DNA from: Rhina ancylostomus
Lineage: Eukaryota
Reading direction: 5' to 3'
Assembly (NCBI GenBank): GCA_030265395.1
Contig: JARFYF010000056.1
Location: 13,461,593 to 13,525,592 of the forward strand
Length of the DNA: 64,000 nucleotides
Position 1 is the first letter of the stretch; each line of letters begins with the position of its first letter. The notes under the pieces were generated by a model. That model saw only the letters and a program-made list of their open reading frames with translations, was not told the origin of the DNA and searched no databases. Position numbers and translations under genes: made by a program. Of this stretch, positions 36,511 to 49,599 are shown piece after piece.

Positions 36511-38009
36511 TCCTTTCCCCTACCCCGCCAAAGAAAATGTGGCATGACATTCGTGGTCTTGCTGGGATTCACTGAGAGCGAAGAAGAGTTAATGTTTCTG
36601 TTCCCTCTACAAATGCTGCCTGACCTGAGTACTTCCAGGATTTTCACTTTTAAATTTCAGATTTCCAGCATCTGCAGTATTCTGCTCAAGACAATTTCTC
36701 TTAACAGCTTCGAGAATTCAACTGGGTTCCTCCACTGTGGGAGGTCATTCAAGTGAGGGAAGGGGAAAAAAAAAGCAGCAAGATAGTGTGGAGAAAATAA
36801 AACTTATAGTATGCAATGGGAAAAAAAAAAATCAGATAACAATTCTGTTATCAATAGATGAGTCTCTGCTTAGCCATAAAATGTCTTTTGCAAGTTGAGG
36901 CCATCCTAGTGAAGTACTTTAAATCCAATCACTGATACAATGTGGGACGTGTGGCAAAATCCCACAAACAGCAATGTTATAACAAATACTGTTTATAACT
37001 TTAGTTGAGCAATAAATATCAGCCAAATCCTGAGGAAAGTTTCTTTATACAGTATTTTTTTTAAACAGAGTATTCTTTACACAAGGCAGAATCTTATGTC
37101 CACTTTCAAAAGCAGAAAAGTCTACTGCTGAACTAATCTGAAAGATGGCATCTCTAATAGTGCAGCACTCCCTTAAGGCTACATTTGAATGCTAGCCTGG
37201 AATTTGTGCTCATGTCCCTGGAGTAGATGTCTCAGAAGCAAGACTGTCAGATGTGGTTCAGCTGAAGGCAAAGTCCCTGTAGCCTGCTGCTCTTTCCCAC
37301 TTGCTCACTTTTTCCATGTCATAACAATGAGAGATTGATATGAACTCAGAGTTCTAAAGTACTGCAAATTATTTTAAATTAATTGAACTCTTGTCATTTC
37401 CTTCCTGTTTCAGAAATTTGCCAGGAATCTGCCCTGAAATCACACTAGTCTGATCTAAAACATTGGCGAGAAACAGCAGTAATCCCAGTGTCATGGTGCA
37501 CTGACATCTGACATAAACATGAATAAATAAAATCACTTCCATTCCTACTGATGATGACAAACACACCACAGATGAAAATAGGTGCTTTTTCCACCAGTAA
37601 ATTAGTGAATAACTCACAACTAAATGGAATAAAGCTACCAGGACTCTTTCATCCTTATTTAAGGTTGTATAAAACAAAGTCACTTGGCTTTGGTGTGATC
37701 AATAATACCTTTTGAACATTGTACTCCTTTTGACCTTGTTCCCTCTGCACATTGCTAATTTGCCTTTGCTCTTTCAGCTTGCAAGGCCAAAGCACTGGGG
37801 AGGGGTGAAGGGCCTGGAGAGGGGAAGGGAAATGCATTATGTTTTTGAACTCAGTAAGTTTACACACTCTGAAAGAACACTGGAAACAGATTCAATAACA
37901 TCTTTCAAAAGTAAGTTAGACAAATCGTTTAAAAGGAAAAGTGTGCAGTACTGTGGTGAATGAGCAGGAGGTTGCAAGTTCCAATCCAGTTGCAAACTTG
38001 AGCATAAAT

Positions 38010-38350
38010 TCCAGCCACACAATCCAGTGCAAAACTGAGGGATTGTCTCACTTTCATGGAGTGTCCTTTAAGGCATAGTTAAAGCAAGACTCTGCTCTCT
38101 TAGTACCATAGAATCCTTTACATCCAGCTGTTTCAAAAAGAAAATCACAGTTCTCCCTCATATCCTGGAGAGTATTTATCCAATTAATGTCACTAAAAAC
38201 AGATCATTGTTGTATGGACCTTAGTGTGTTCTAATTGGGAGCTGTGTTTCGTACATTAGAGACAATAATTCAGCAAGTACTAAATTCCCTGTAAAATGCT
38301 TTGGGGCATTCTGATCTAGTTAATTGAAATGAAAATGTTTTTTAAGTCTC
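38010..38350 (+). mobile_element. Deu-domain SINE (degenerate)
   Basis: TCCTGGAGAGTATTTATCC..CACTAAAAACAGATC..TACATTAG..CTGTAAAATGCTTTGGG pattern. Confidence 0.55.
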
Positions 38351-38421
38351 GCTTTCTAAATTAATCTTTAGTTACTTACTTGTCACCTGCTTGTTTACTA
38401 ATGCCATCTGGTTACACTTAC

Positions 38422-38816
38422 CATCATTCAATTCGCTGCCAAATACAATGGCCTTGGCCTTGGAGATGGTGATGCAGTGAGTCAGAGCATCCAGCCGCAA
38501 ATTGAAGTTGATTAACGCCGCCTCCATTCCGATTTTAGCCAAGCCCAGCCATAATCCTACATACTCATTCCTGCTCTCCATGAAAAGGGCCACCACATCA
38601 CCAGTGCGGTAGCCCTGTTCATAAAAAAAGTTGGCGACCCTGTTTGAGTAATCGTCCAGGTCCCGGAAACTCCAAGCAGCACCTGTCCCTTCGAATATAA
38701 GTGCCGTCTTATCTGGGTGCCTCTGAACGACTTCACGGAAGATTTTTGGGACTGTGTTGTTCAATTTCAAGTTCCGCTTAACGTTGAGCTTGACTTTGAG
38801 GAGGACACCAGCAGCA
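38422..38816 (-). CDS. slc27a4: SLC27A4 coding exon (human exon 3 equivalent), 395 nt
   Basis: cag|T GCT GCT GGT ... GAT G|gtaagt; [44 protein letters not shown]...[24 protein letters not shown]...FGSELND; [12 protein letters not shown] is diagnostic for FATP4. Confidence 0.97.
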
Positions 38817-41293
38817 CTGAGATAGAGGCAAAAATAAGAAAGGAATTAGTTGCTGCCTCTGTCGCTCCAACACATTCACAGGGTGAGTGGTGCCATATTT
38901 AAGAACAGCTTTAGCACTTGCATGGATGCCCCATCAGCAAGTATAGAAGAGCAATTTCACTATCCCCCACGCTCCCCCTCCACTGTGTTCTGGCCAACAT
39001 TTATCTCACCAATGCTTAAAATAAATGATGATCTGATTATTTCCTCCCTTGCTGCTTGAGAGAGCTTGTGTGCACACATTCCTGTTAAGTTTCCTGTAGC
39101 ACAATATTACTTTATTTCTGATTACTCAGGGTCAGTTACACTGTGATGCAATCATGGGAGAGAGATCTTTGGGATTAACAAAGAAGAAAAAATAAAAAAT
39201 AGGAAAAGGTGGGACAGAGAAGCAATACAGAAGACACAAGATGTGAAGAAAATGGCGAGATGTTGAGATATTGCAATGAACTGATAGACCAACAGAACAA
39301 GACATCATCAGCCAGTTCCCTACCTCATTTCAGGAAGTCCAAGATTTTTTAAAATCCTGAGAATTTTTTTTTGCATTCAAAGGCATGAGTGGCCAATGAA
39401 TTTTTATTTCACTATCTGGTAGCCCCAGGTAGTTTATAGCTCTGGTTGGAGACATCACAATCCTACTCCACTCAATAATAGGGCAAGTGTCCAAGTATAA
39501 TACTTGCGGGTTAATTGTAAATGGAGAGTAAATCTGCTCTCCTGGGCTGAACTCACAATGTACCAAATTAATATTCTTGTGTAATCAGTTAGGTACAGAA
39601 GGCCATTCAACCCATCAAGTCTATGACAGCTCCTAATAATCCTTTGCCTCCTATTCTTTCCTCAAAGCTGTGCAAATTATTCTCTCTCAAATGACAATCA
39701 AATTCCCAAAGCCCTACTTGATTGTGCTGCTATCACCTCTGAAGGCAGTGAATTCCAGATCATAACTACAAACATTTACCCTCACATCACCCTTGTATCT
39801 TTTGGCTATAATATTTTAAACGTGTCCTTTCAGTCTGTCCTTAAATCACCTAATAGCAAAAACAAAATCCCCACCTAAACCAATTATGATTTTATTCACT
39901 TTATCAAAATTCCTTTCGATTTCCTGTGCTCCAAGGAGAGCAAGCCAAACTTCTCCATGTGCAGTTCCATTGAAATCTTATACCCAAAACCTATATGCTG
40001 TATGTTAATCGATTTGAAATAGCTGTGGGGTAATTTTGAATCTATGAATAATACTGTTGCATGAGTTTAACCCCAATATGCCCAAACCTTAATTCCAGAA
40101 GGTACCTCTGATAATTTGTTTTTGCAATACCTTAAAGAAATGTCATCCGGCCACAAGCTGTTTTGTACTGAAGTCACTTAGCGCTAAACAGCTGTTCATC
40201 CACCTAAGTTCCAAAGCTGGCATCAGATTTATCACTGCAACCACTCACTTCCACCCTCCACATATGGTTTTGGCAAAGCCTTTATCCATGTTTCCTAGAA
40301 CAGGCACAATGAGCAAAACAGCTTTCATGTGCACTACAAAGTTCAGGATTACTCCAATTCCCTCTCTTCCATTGTTATTTCAATTTCTCCAAAAGGCAAC
40401 AGCACAAACCCCCCTCCTACACTGCCTCAGCACCCATTCTTTATCTCTTCAGCAGTTTCATGGGACAAGAATGACTTGCTTCCACTCTGGGCTTTGTGGG
40501 TTCTGAACAGGTTGACGAGGCCAGACTCTTCATAGTAGGGGCAGGTGGTGTCCGACAGGTTGAGATGCTCTTTCTGCCATTCACACAGGGTTTTCATGTG
40601 CCCTGTTTATNNNNNNNNNNNNNNNNNNNNNNNNNNNNNNNNNNNNNNNNNNNNNNNNNNNNNNNNNNNNNNNNNNNNNNNNNNNNNNNNNNNNNNNNNN
40701 NNNNNNNNNNNNNNNNNNNNNNNNNNNNNNNNNNNNNNNNNNNNNNNNNNNNNNNNNNNNNNNNNNNNNNNNNNNNNNNNNNNNNNNNNNNNNNNNNNNN
40801 NNNNNNNNNNNNNNNNNNNNNNNNNNNNNNNNNNNNNNNNNNNNNNNNNNNNNNNNNNNNNNNNNNNNNNNNNNNNNNNNNNNNNNNNNNNNNNNNNNNN
40901 NNNNNNNNNNNNNNNNNNNNNNNNNNNNNNNNNNNNNNNNNNNNNNNNNNNNNNNNNNNNNNNNNNNNNNNNNNNNNNNNNNNNNNNNNNNNNNNNNNNN
41001 NNNNNNNNNNNNNNNNNNNNNNNNNNNNNNNNNNNNNNNNNNNNNNNNNNNNNNNNNNNNNNNNNNNNNNNNNNNNNNNNNNNNNNNNNNNNNNNNNNNN
41101 NNNNNNNNNNNNNNNNNNNNNNNNNNNNNNNNNNNNNNNNNNNNNNNNNNNNNNNNNNNNNNNNNNNNNNNNNNNNNNNNNNNNNNNNNNNNNNNNNNNN
41201 NNNNNNNNNNNNNNNNNNNNNNNNNNNNNNNNNNNNNNNNNNNNNNNNNNNNNNNNNNNNNNNNNNNNNNNNNNNNNNNNNNNNNNNNNNNNN

Positions 41294-42212
41294 TGATGAC
41301 ACTAAATTGAGTGGAAAAGCAAATTGTGCAGAGGATGTGGAGAGTCTGCAGAGAGATATAGATAGGTTAAATGAGTGAACAACGGTCTGAAAGATGGAGT
41401 ACAATGTCAGTAAATGCAAGGGCATCCACTTTGGAAGGAAAAATAGGAGATCAGATTATTATTTAAATGGTGAAAGATTGCAGCATGCTGTTGTGCAGAG
41501 GGACTTGGAGTGCTTGTGCATGAATCACAAAAGGTTGCTTTGCAGGTACAACAGGTTATCAAGAAAGCAAATGAATGTTGGCCTTCATTGCTAGCAGGAT
41601 TGAGTTTAAGAGCAGGGAGGTTATGCTGCAACTGTGCAGAGTACTGGTGAGGCCGCACCTGGAGTACTGCAATGCAGTTCTGGTCTCCTTACTTGAGGAA
41701 AGATATATTGGCTTTGGAGGTGGTGCAGAGGAGGTTCACCAGGTTGATTCTGGAGATGAGGGGGTTAGCCCATGAGGAGAGATTGAATTGCCTGGGACTA
41801 TACTCACTGGAATTCAGAAGAATGAGAGGGGATACTATAGAAACATAAAATTATGAAAGGGATAGATAAGATAGAGATAGGAAAGTTGTTTCCACCGGTA
41901 GGTGAGACTAGAACTGGGGGACATAGCCTCAAGATTCCAGGGAATAGATTTAGAATGGAGATTAGGATAAACTGCTTTTCCCAGAGAATAGTGAATCTGT
42001 GTAATTCTCTGCCCAGGGAAGCAGTAGAGGCTACCTTATTAAATATATTTAAGACACAGTTAGATAGATTTTTGCATAGTAGGGGATTTAAGGGTTATGG
42101 GGAAAAGGCAGGGAGGTGGAGCTGAGTCTGCAGCCGGATCAGCCACGTTCTTATTGAATGGCAGAGCCGGCTCGACGGGCTAGGTGGCCGACTCCTGCTC
42201 CTAGTTCTTATT
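41294..42212 (+). mobile_element. Relatively young CR1 LINE 3' part, same family as 35085-36510, opposite orientation
   Basis: [45 protein letters not shown]; preceded by a 683-N gap. Confidence 0.92.
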
Positions 42213-45200
42213 ATTCACCACATGTGGCTGCAATTTCTATTTTTAACCATCCCCTGAGTAAAGTAATAAAAAAGGAAACTTTAACTCTGTTCCTCTCCCC
42301 ATGGGTATTCTCTGGCCTAATGAGCCATCTCCATTTTCTGTTGTTATATCTGGGTAAAGTTGTTTAATTCAGAGCCAACTATTTGATGACAATGATGTCT
42401 CCAGCTTTGACCTTCTCCACTAGTTGTAAGAATGGCTACTGTGTGAAAATTTGTCCCACAAGGGATATTCCCTTTGTCCCATCCATCCCTCCCTGACCAT
42501 TGTGTTTTTGCTGTTTTTTTTAAAACTGATTTACCCAGTTTTGACAAAAGGTCGTCGATCCAAAATATTAACTCTTTCCACAAATGCTGCCAGGCCTGCT
42601 GAATATTTTCTGCAATTTTTTTTTATATACATAATTATAAAGAATGCTATTAGTCCATTTTCTCTAGCTAATCACTATAATTTTAGCATTAACTTTTATA
42701 AGTTTAATATAAATTGTTATAATTTTCCTTGAGAAACACCTAGGCTTGCAGGATATTTTCCCATCTAAACCAAAACGTCCTTTTTACAGATATCAATCTG
42801 GAACTGCTGCTCTAGGTCATAGGGGACTAATCCAGGGAACCACCCACAGGCAGCAACAAAAAACTTTGGTAAAAATTTGACCTTTGATCAGGAAAGCATA
42901 GTTCTATTTTAAAGTTGTCCCTAATATTTTCAACTGAACAATTAGACTTAGCCATTGAAATAAATAACAATGTCGCATTGTTTAAAGACCTCTACATTTT
43001 TGTACCACATCTGCATTAGCTTAACAAAGTTAAACCCTAGCACACTTTGGGTGTGTCTGCACAATAGTGAACTCTGCAAAGTTGTTGACACAAGGATTTA
43101 GGATCAAAAAGGACAACATCAATTTAATGCCCATTTGTAAATGTGGAATGGTGGCTTCATTTACTATGCAAAATTCATTGAAAGAAAATAAATTTTTGAA
43201 AATCTAAGTTAATAAATCTCAATCCAATTACATAATATGTGGAGGTAAACTAGTGAGCCAAGTAAAGAAAAAGGCTGGGTTAAGTTCACCAATCTGCTCT
43301 CAAGATACCAAGCAGCCCACCCTTCTTCAAACCCATCATTCACTGTCAGCTGTTTGAAAAAGGTGCTCAAGTCATTCTTGCTCCTACCCTAGTCTTGCAA
43401 TGTTATTTCCCTCTTTTCAAGTATACACCACATCCATTTGGCAACACAGAACAATCATGTTTCTTATTTGGTGCTGACCTCAAATGAGACAATGTGGTTA
43501 AACTACTCCCTCAGAATAGTCCAAAGGAGGAAAAAGTCCACCAGCATTTCAATGAAAGGACCTGGAAATCATTCAAATATTCTGAATATAATACTCACTT
43601 AGTCAGGCACATACCAAGTTAATTTCATTTTACACATGTGAAGGAAAAATAAGACTTTTGAGAGACGGAATATGGGAAAGCAGACAAAATCTCTGCCCAC
43701 TTTTGTTATCTAATGACCCCTGCTGAAAATTAAGCCCATGTGGACGAGGACAGGATCAGGCTAAGTGGCTAAGTCCACACCAAACAGTTTACAATTAGGT
43801 AGAAGGGTAAGGTGCACGGTTATTGGAAAGGTAATGAAAAGAAACTGGTGACCATGTAAATAACAAGAATTTTTCAGTGGGAGGAAAAAAAACAAATAAC
43901 TCAGCTCCACATCCAAGTATTTCATGAGAAATATGTTTTCAGTTAACTATTGACGTTGAGCCTAAAGTAGACATCAGGATATCATGAACAAAGAGGTAGG
44001 AATTGGCAGCATCCTAGAGGAAGAAAGTAGAGCTGCAAAGATTGGCAAAGGAAACTCCAGATCTCAGAGCCCAGATGGATGAAAGCAGTGACTCAACGGT
44101 GGGGTGAAGAGACAGAGGGATGCTCTACGACTCAAGAATTAGATTAATGCAGAGTCTGAGGTTTATAGAACCAAAGAAGATTACAGGGATGGGGTGGGGG
44201 GGGGGTAAATTTACAAAATGAATTGAATGCAGGCAAGCATTTTCTAAAATGAGACACTCAGAGCAGAAGACAATATTGATCAGTGATCACGGGATTAATT
44301 TCTTCATTTAGAGTGGTGAACCTGTGGAATTCTCTAACATAGAAGGTAGTTGAGGCAAAAATCATTTAATGTATTCAGGAAGCAGTAAGATATCATTTTT
44401 GTGGCTGAAGTGATCAAGGTAGACAAGGAGAAACCAGGAATAAAAGGTACTGAACTTGAATGAAGAGCCAATGATCATACCACATTACAGAGCAGGCAAG
44501 AAGGGGTGAACAGCCTTCCCCTGCTCCCTTTTTCCACACTGAAGACAGTGCAAGTTACGATAGAGGCAACAAGAGTTTTGGATGAGCTCAGGTTAACAAG
44601 GATGAGAGCTGGGAGGCCTGTCAATAGTGAAAGCATGGGTGAGGAATTTACCACCCCAAGGACAGCGATGTCCCCTTGGTTCTGGAGCTGCTGCTCCACT
44701 CTCAAATGAATCAAGCACCCTACCTAATGTGGCACAAATTTCTATGCAGCCCAACAACACACACACATTTCATGTGTCAGCTCAAGGATATCAAATCAAA
44801 TAGCCCAGACCAATAGGATGAAGATGTTCTCCACTTGAGAAATGTATATCCAGATTGTAGTAAACTTAACGTGAGCTGTAATTGTGTGATGTTGTGTGTC
44901 TGAAACAACTCACATTTTGTTCCTGAGTATTTAAAGTTCCCTAAGACACAGTAAACATACAAACCCTATTTTCCCAGATTCCTGGGTTGGAGGGTTTGTC
45001 ATACAGAGGAGAGATGAAACACACTGGGCCAACGTTCTTGAGTTTAAAGTTATAAAAGGTCATCTCATTGACCCCAGTGTAAATGGAGAGGTAATGTTCT
45101 CCCCAGATGGAATGCCCAAAACCAGGGGTGACAGATTCAAAATAAGTGAATGGTTCTTCATGGCAGAGAAGAAATTTCTTTGCCCAGGGAACAGTGAATC

Positions 45201-46179
45201 TTCAGAATTCTCTACCCTAGAGACACACAAGCTCCGTCAATCAATATATTCAATAAAAATATCAGTAGATATTCAGATAATAGGGGAGCCAAGTTCTAAC
45301 TAGTCCACAGTGGTCATCTATAGGCAAGTACATTCCAAGACAAAATCATTTTGAAAATTGCAACCCGTCTTCATTTGCTGTAAATCAGGTGGTAGCCATT
45401 GGTAAAGAACATTGAGTCGGATGCAAATGAGCAGCCTAACTACTACTGCCCATTTAGTGCCCCAGATGAAGATCCGCCCAAACAGTTTTTTTCCTGTTCA
45501 TCTCCAAATGTAATTGTTTATCACCCATCGCCAGTAGCAACAAAATAAAGCCTGTACTTTCAGAAATTTACACATCTTTCTTTCGCTGAGTCACATAAGA
45601 AACCAGAAACACCTTAGCCTGAAAGGCAAGCAACGTGGAGAAATTAGTCATTGTCCCGATTGCTGTCCATTACCACAATTAAAACCAAGACATCAGCTGA
45701 TATCCAGCAAGGTTCCATTGTTGCAGTTCCCCTTCCTCCCTCAGCGTTAAATCCCTTCCTGCTACCCTGCCTGGATTCTTACAAGGAAAAATAATCAGTT
45801 GCACAGAAAAGCAAAGAATTGTTGGTATATTTGCAACCGTACCCCAGTGGAAGTCACTCCCCTTCACATAATCTCACCATCAAATAACAAAGAATAACAG
45901 ACAAGGAACTAGAGCAGGAAATGATAAAGGTCTGTAATAAAACTTGCTTCCTACAAATGACATGAAAAAAAAAAGTGACGACTAACCGTTCAGAACTAGG
46001 AGATGTGTGGTGTGCAGAAACCTGGATATTTTCATTTCAATTTAACAGTGAGGTACAAAGGTTATCCTTAAAAATACTTAACAGGCTAAATTCAGTACAA
46101 AATATTCTTTCTATGAACCATAACATAGTAAATACCTAATCTGCCTGTAATAAGGGTTAATTAATAATCTTGTAGTAAA

Positions 46180-47372
46180 GCAGTCTTTAGGGAAGAGTGA
46201 CCATAATATGATAGAATTTTGCATTGAATTTGGATGTGACGCAGTTCATTCTAGAGCTAGGGTTTGAAATCTAAACAAAGGAAAATAAAGGAAGGAGAGG
46301 GTTGGCTGTGGTTGACTGCAACACTACATTAAAGCAGGCAGGCAATGGTGAGCAATGGGAGGGCTGGGAATGTTTTAGAACTCAGCAGAGGAAAACCCAG
46401 ATACTGATAAAGAGTTAGAATATGAGAGCACACTGGCAACAGATAAAGCTAACTGTAAGAAGGAAAAAGACTAGGGAAGATGAATGTGAATTCCTGACTG
46501 AGAAAGACAGGAGAAATTATAAAAAGGGAATAAGGAAATGGCAGAGAAAATAAACAAATGCTTTGCACCTGTCTTCATAGCTGAAGACACAATAAACCTG
46601 ACAGAAATAACAGAGAATAAAGGCTCGACAGGAAATGAATTAAAGTAAAATAGTCTCAGAAAAATCAGTACCAGAGAAGTTGGAGACTGAAAACTCATGA
46701 ACCTAATATCCTACATCCCAGTTTTGAAAGAGGCGGCAATACAGTTAGCAGATGTCTCTCTCAAAATTCTATAAATGCTGAAAAGGTTCCTGCAGATTAG
46801 AAGGTAGCAATTCTGACCACACTATTTAAGGGGAGGATGAGTGAAAATAAAGACCCATTAGCCTAGCAGAGGGCCTTGGCAAAATTCCACCTAGAGTATT
46901 GAATACAGTGGTGCTTTCCTACCCAAAATATATACATGCCATAGTGGGAATGCAAGACTTACCAGACTCATTCTTGAGAAGGTAAGTTTGCCATAGACAG
47001 TAGGATTGAGTAAATAGGTTTGTATTCTCTACTTAGAAGAATGAGAGGTGATCTCATTGAAAGTTATAAGTTTCTTTCAGTGTTCAAAAAGTAGATGTCT
47101 CTCTTTGACTGAAGAGTCAGAATTAGGGGTCAGTGTCTCAAAAGAGTAGCTGGGCCATTTAGTACTGAGAAGAGGTTTCCTTATTTAGAGAATGGTCAGT
47201 CTTTAGGAATTCCCTGCCCCACTTTGGTTGTGGAAGCTATTGTCAAGATCATTTAAAACAGAGATTGACCAGACTTCTGGTTATTATGTAGGGAAGTAGG
47301 GATGGTACTGGAAACTGGTGACCTTGATGAATGGTGGGGCAGGCTCAAAAGGCCAAATGGCTCTTATTTCTT
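46180..47372 (+). mobile_element. Highly degenerate, internally deleted CR1
   Basis: LGKSDHNMIEF, GNKEMAEK, HPxVLKE, RRMRGDLIE remnants, then 3' UTR. Confidence 0.65.
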
Positions 47373-48199
47373 ACCCTATCAGAAGACTGCATGAGAAGTG
47401 AAGCCCAAGTGCTTTATTACTGTCAGCCAATGACTTGAAATCTCTCCCGGGGGGGTTATTTTAACTTGTCCGGTACAATCAAGCAGATGGACTGATAAGA
47501 CCATCCAGCTTTCCTCTCGCATTCTGAGCAAGAACACAATAAGATATCCCAACTTTCATCTCCTCAACTGAGCAGACAGCATGGACACTTGTCCAAATAC
47601 ATTTTAACTGCATGCTAGTCACAGGATGGCAGAGACCTGAATACGGTTTTAACTCAGTTGCCTGACTGAGGAAAATGCAGCAAGTTTACAGCCATATCCC
47701 AATAAGGAAACTGTAAAAGCTCAAAAAGGTAAATCTTATGAAAATACTTTTTAAAATCATAACCTGTACCTCACCTGGTCTCTGAAGGAGTGGATGCTCT
47801 AGGCCCTACGAGGACTGTTAATATCTCCTCTGCAACATACAGCTTTGTTTAGAAAAAAAATTACAAGATCCGGTGGGGCAGGTCTGGCAGCCAGACTTAC
47901 CACCTGCTGGAAACGGAGGAAGTCAGCCAGAAGGATTTCAGATAATATCCCATCTTTCCAACCCAACAAAATTATGCCACAGTTAAAAATAAGGGCTCAT
48001 ATAATCCATTATTTTGTAACCACAAAATGGAGGTGGCAAGCCCCAATGGCTACAATTTTTGCACACAGTTAATCCACACCGCCCTTCTGGATGGACTCCA
48101 AAAGAGATATGGACCTCCTCCAGTACCTCTTCAAATTGCTATCGATGGAATGGAAGCTTCAACAGTGAGGATATTTAGCTGTGATAGACGTGCCCCAAA

Positions 48200-48600
48200 C
48201 CCCAGGTTCACTCAGCAGTGATTCAGTGGTAACACTCTCCTCCAAGAATTGTAGGTTCCTATTGCTGAGACTTGAGCACAAAGAAAATCCAGGTACCAAG
48301 GGATGCTGGAATGTTGGAAATGCCACTTTTCAAAGGTAGCATTAAAATTGACGCCATAGCTCTCTTCTTAAGTGAATGCAAAAGATCCCAGAGCATTCTG
48401 AGAGCAAGGAACCAAATTTACACAAAACCAATCCCTATCAAATTATCTAGTTCCTGTTACTTTGCTGCCCTTTGAGATTTCTAGCTTAATCTCACTGTAA
48501 CGGTAAAAACTTCAAAAATACTTATTGACTCTGAAATATAATGGGTCTACATGTGGTCGCGAGAGAGGTAACATTAATGCAAATCTTTCTTTCAATAACT
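48200..48600 (+). mobile_element. Deu-domain SINE (degenerate)
   Basis: tRNA-like head, CTTGAGCACA..ATCCAGG..GGATGCTG..GCC..TTT..AAAAGATCCCA pattern. Confidence 0.5.
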
Positions 48601-49117
48601 GCGTTTCACTTGGTCACTGGATAGCCGTCAGGAACACACATCTCCTTCCCCTGCTTAACCCAAAGACAAACAGCAAGCCCAATATCGATGGCCAGATTGA
48701 AAAAGCGTGAAGAAACATTATCCTGGAATAATGTTATAAGGTAACTTGCAGATCTGTGTCACTCAGTGCAACACAGCAGTGTTTTTACCAACTAAGCCAT
48801 TCGGCTTATTAAGGCAATAGCCTTGCCAGGCCGCTTACTTCCTTATTTATTCGCTGGTGGTACATTTTAACAAGTCTGCGGATCTTTGGCACCCAAAGTG
48901 ATAATGACTGCATTGTAATAATAAGTCTCGCCTAGAGTTAAACTGCCTCTCTGCATAAACCCCAAGAATTAAATAAGCACTTCAAGCGGCTGTGAACTAG
49001 AACCGTCTCCTTTGCCAAGGACAAATACAATCGGATCGCGGCTACACAAAGGAACCGGTGTCAGTCAGATGGGAGGGAAGGCAGAAGCATTTGGATGCGA
49101 AAACATGCATTACTTAC

Positions 49118-49278
49118 TGTACATCTCGGCGTATGGTCTTTAAGAAGATTTCGACGAATTTGTGACCCCCCGATGCGAGGTAAAACGCGCAGGTGGTGAC
49201 TGCTACCAGCGTCCAGGGCATCCTGGCCACCAAACGCTGCACGAAGAGCAGAACGGTGCATGTTGCTAATCTCCACAT
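49118..49278 (-). CDS. slc27a4: SLC27A4 first coding exon (exon 49118-49286; ATG at 49278, in-frame alternative ATG at 49281)
   Basis: acag|GGCTG ATG ATG TGG ... GTA CA|gtaagt; MWRLATCTVLLFVQRLVARMPWTLVAVTTCAFYLASGGHKFVEIFLKTIRRDV(H); hydrophobic N-terminal anchor; 161 coding nt from the second ATG, which has A at -3. Confidence 0.93.
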
Positions 49279-49599
49279 CATCAGCCCTGTCGGAGCAAAG
49301 AGACAGAAGCACAAGGTGAAGGGCGAAAAGAAGGAAACGCAGCAAAGGAAAGGGAGGGAATAAGTGAGGGAGGAAATCTCAAATGCGACTGCAAAAAAAA
49401 TGCTCTACAATTTTAAAAGGAAATGGGGCCAGGATCACAGAAACGAAGGCTGCACTTCTCGGCAGCCATCCAGACAAACTACAATTGCACCGCTTCTAAA
49501 AAAAGAGAAGCGCCCTAGCACATTTTCCATCGCTAAAACTAAACTTTTTTCCTCCCTTACTATATTGCCCTATCTGGCTCCTTTAAAAAAACTATATTT

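Noticed and set aside
40496-41425. Long ORFs of 266-277 aa (also 34167-34610 and 56625-57668)
   Set aside because: Artefacts of translating through N gaps; the real portions are TE fragments
49061-49345. 94-aa minus-strand ORF with signal-peptide-like start overlapping exon 2
   Set aside because: Starts at a non-ATG codon in intron 1 and is an alternative frame of the real exon; the hydrophobic start reflects the pyrimidine tract
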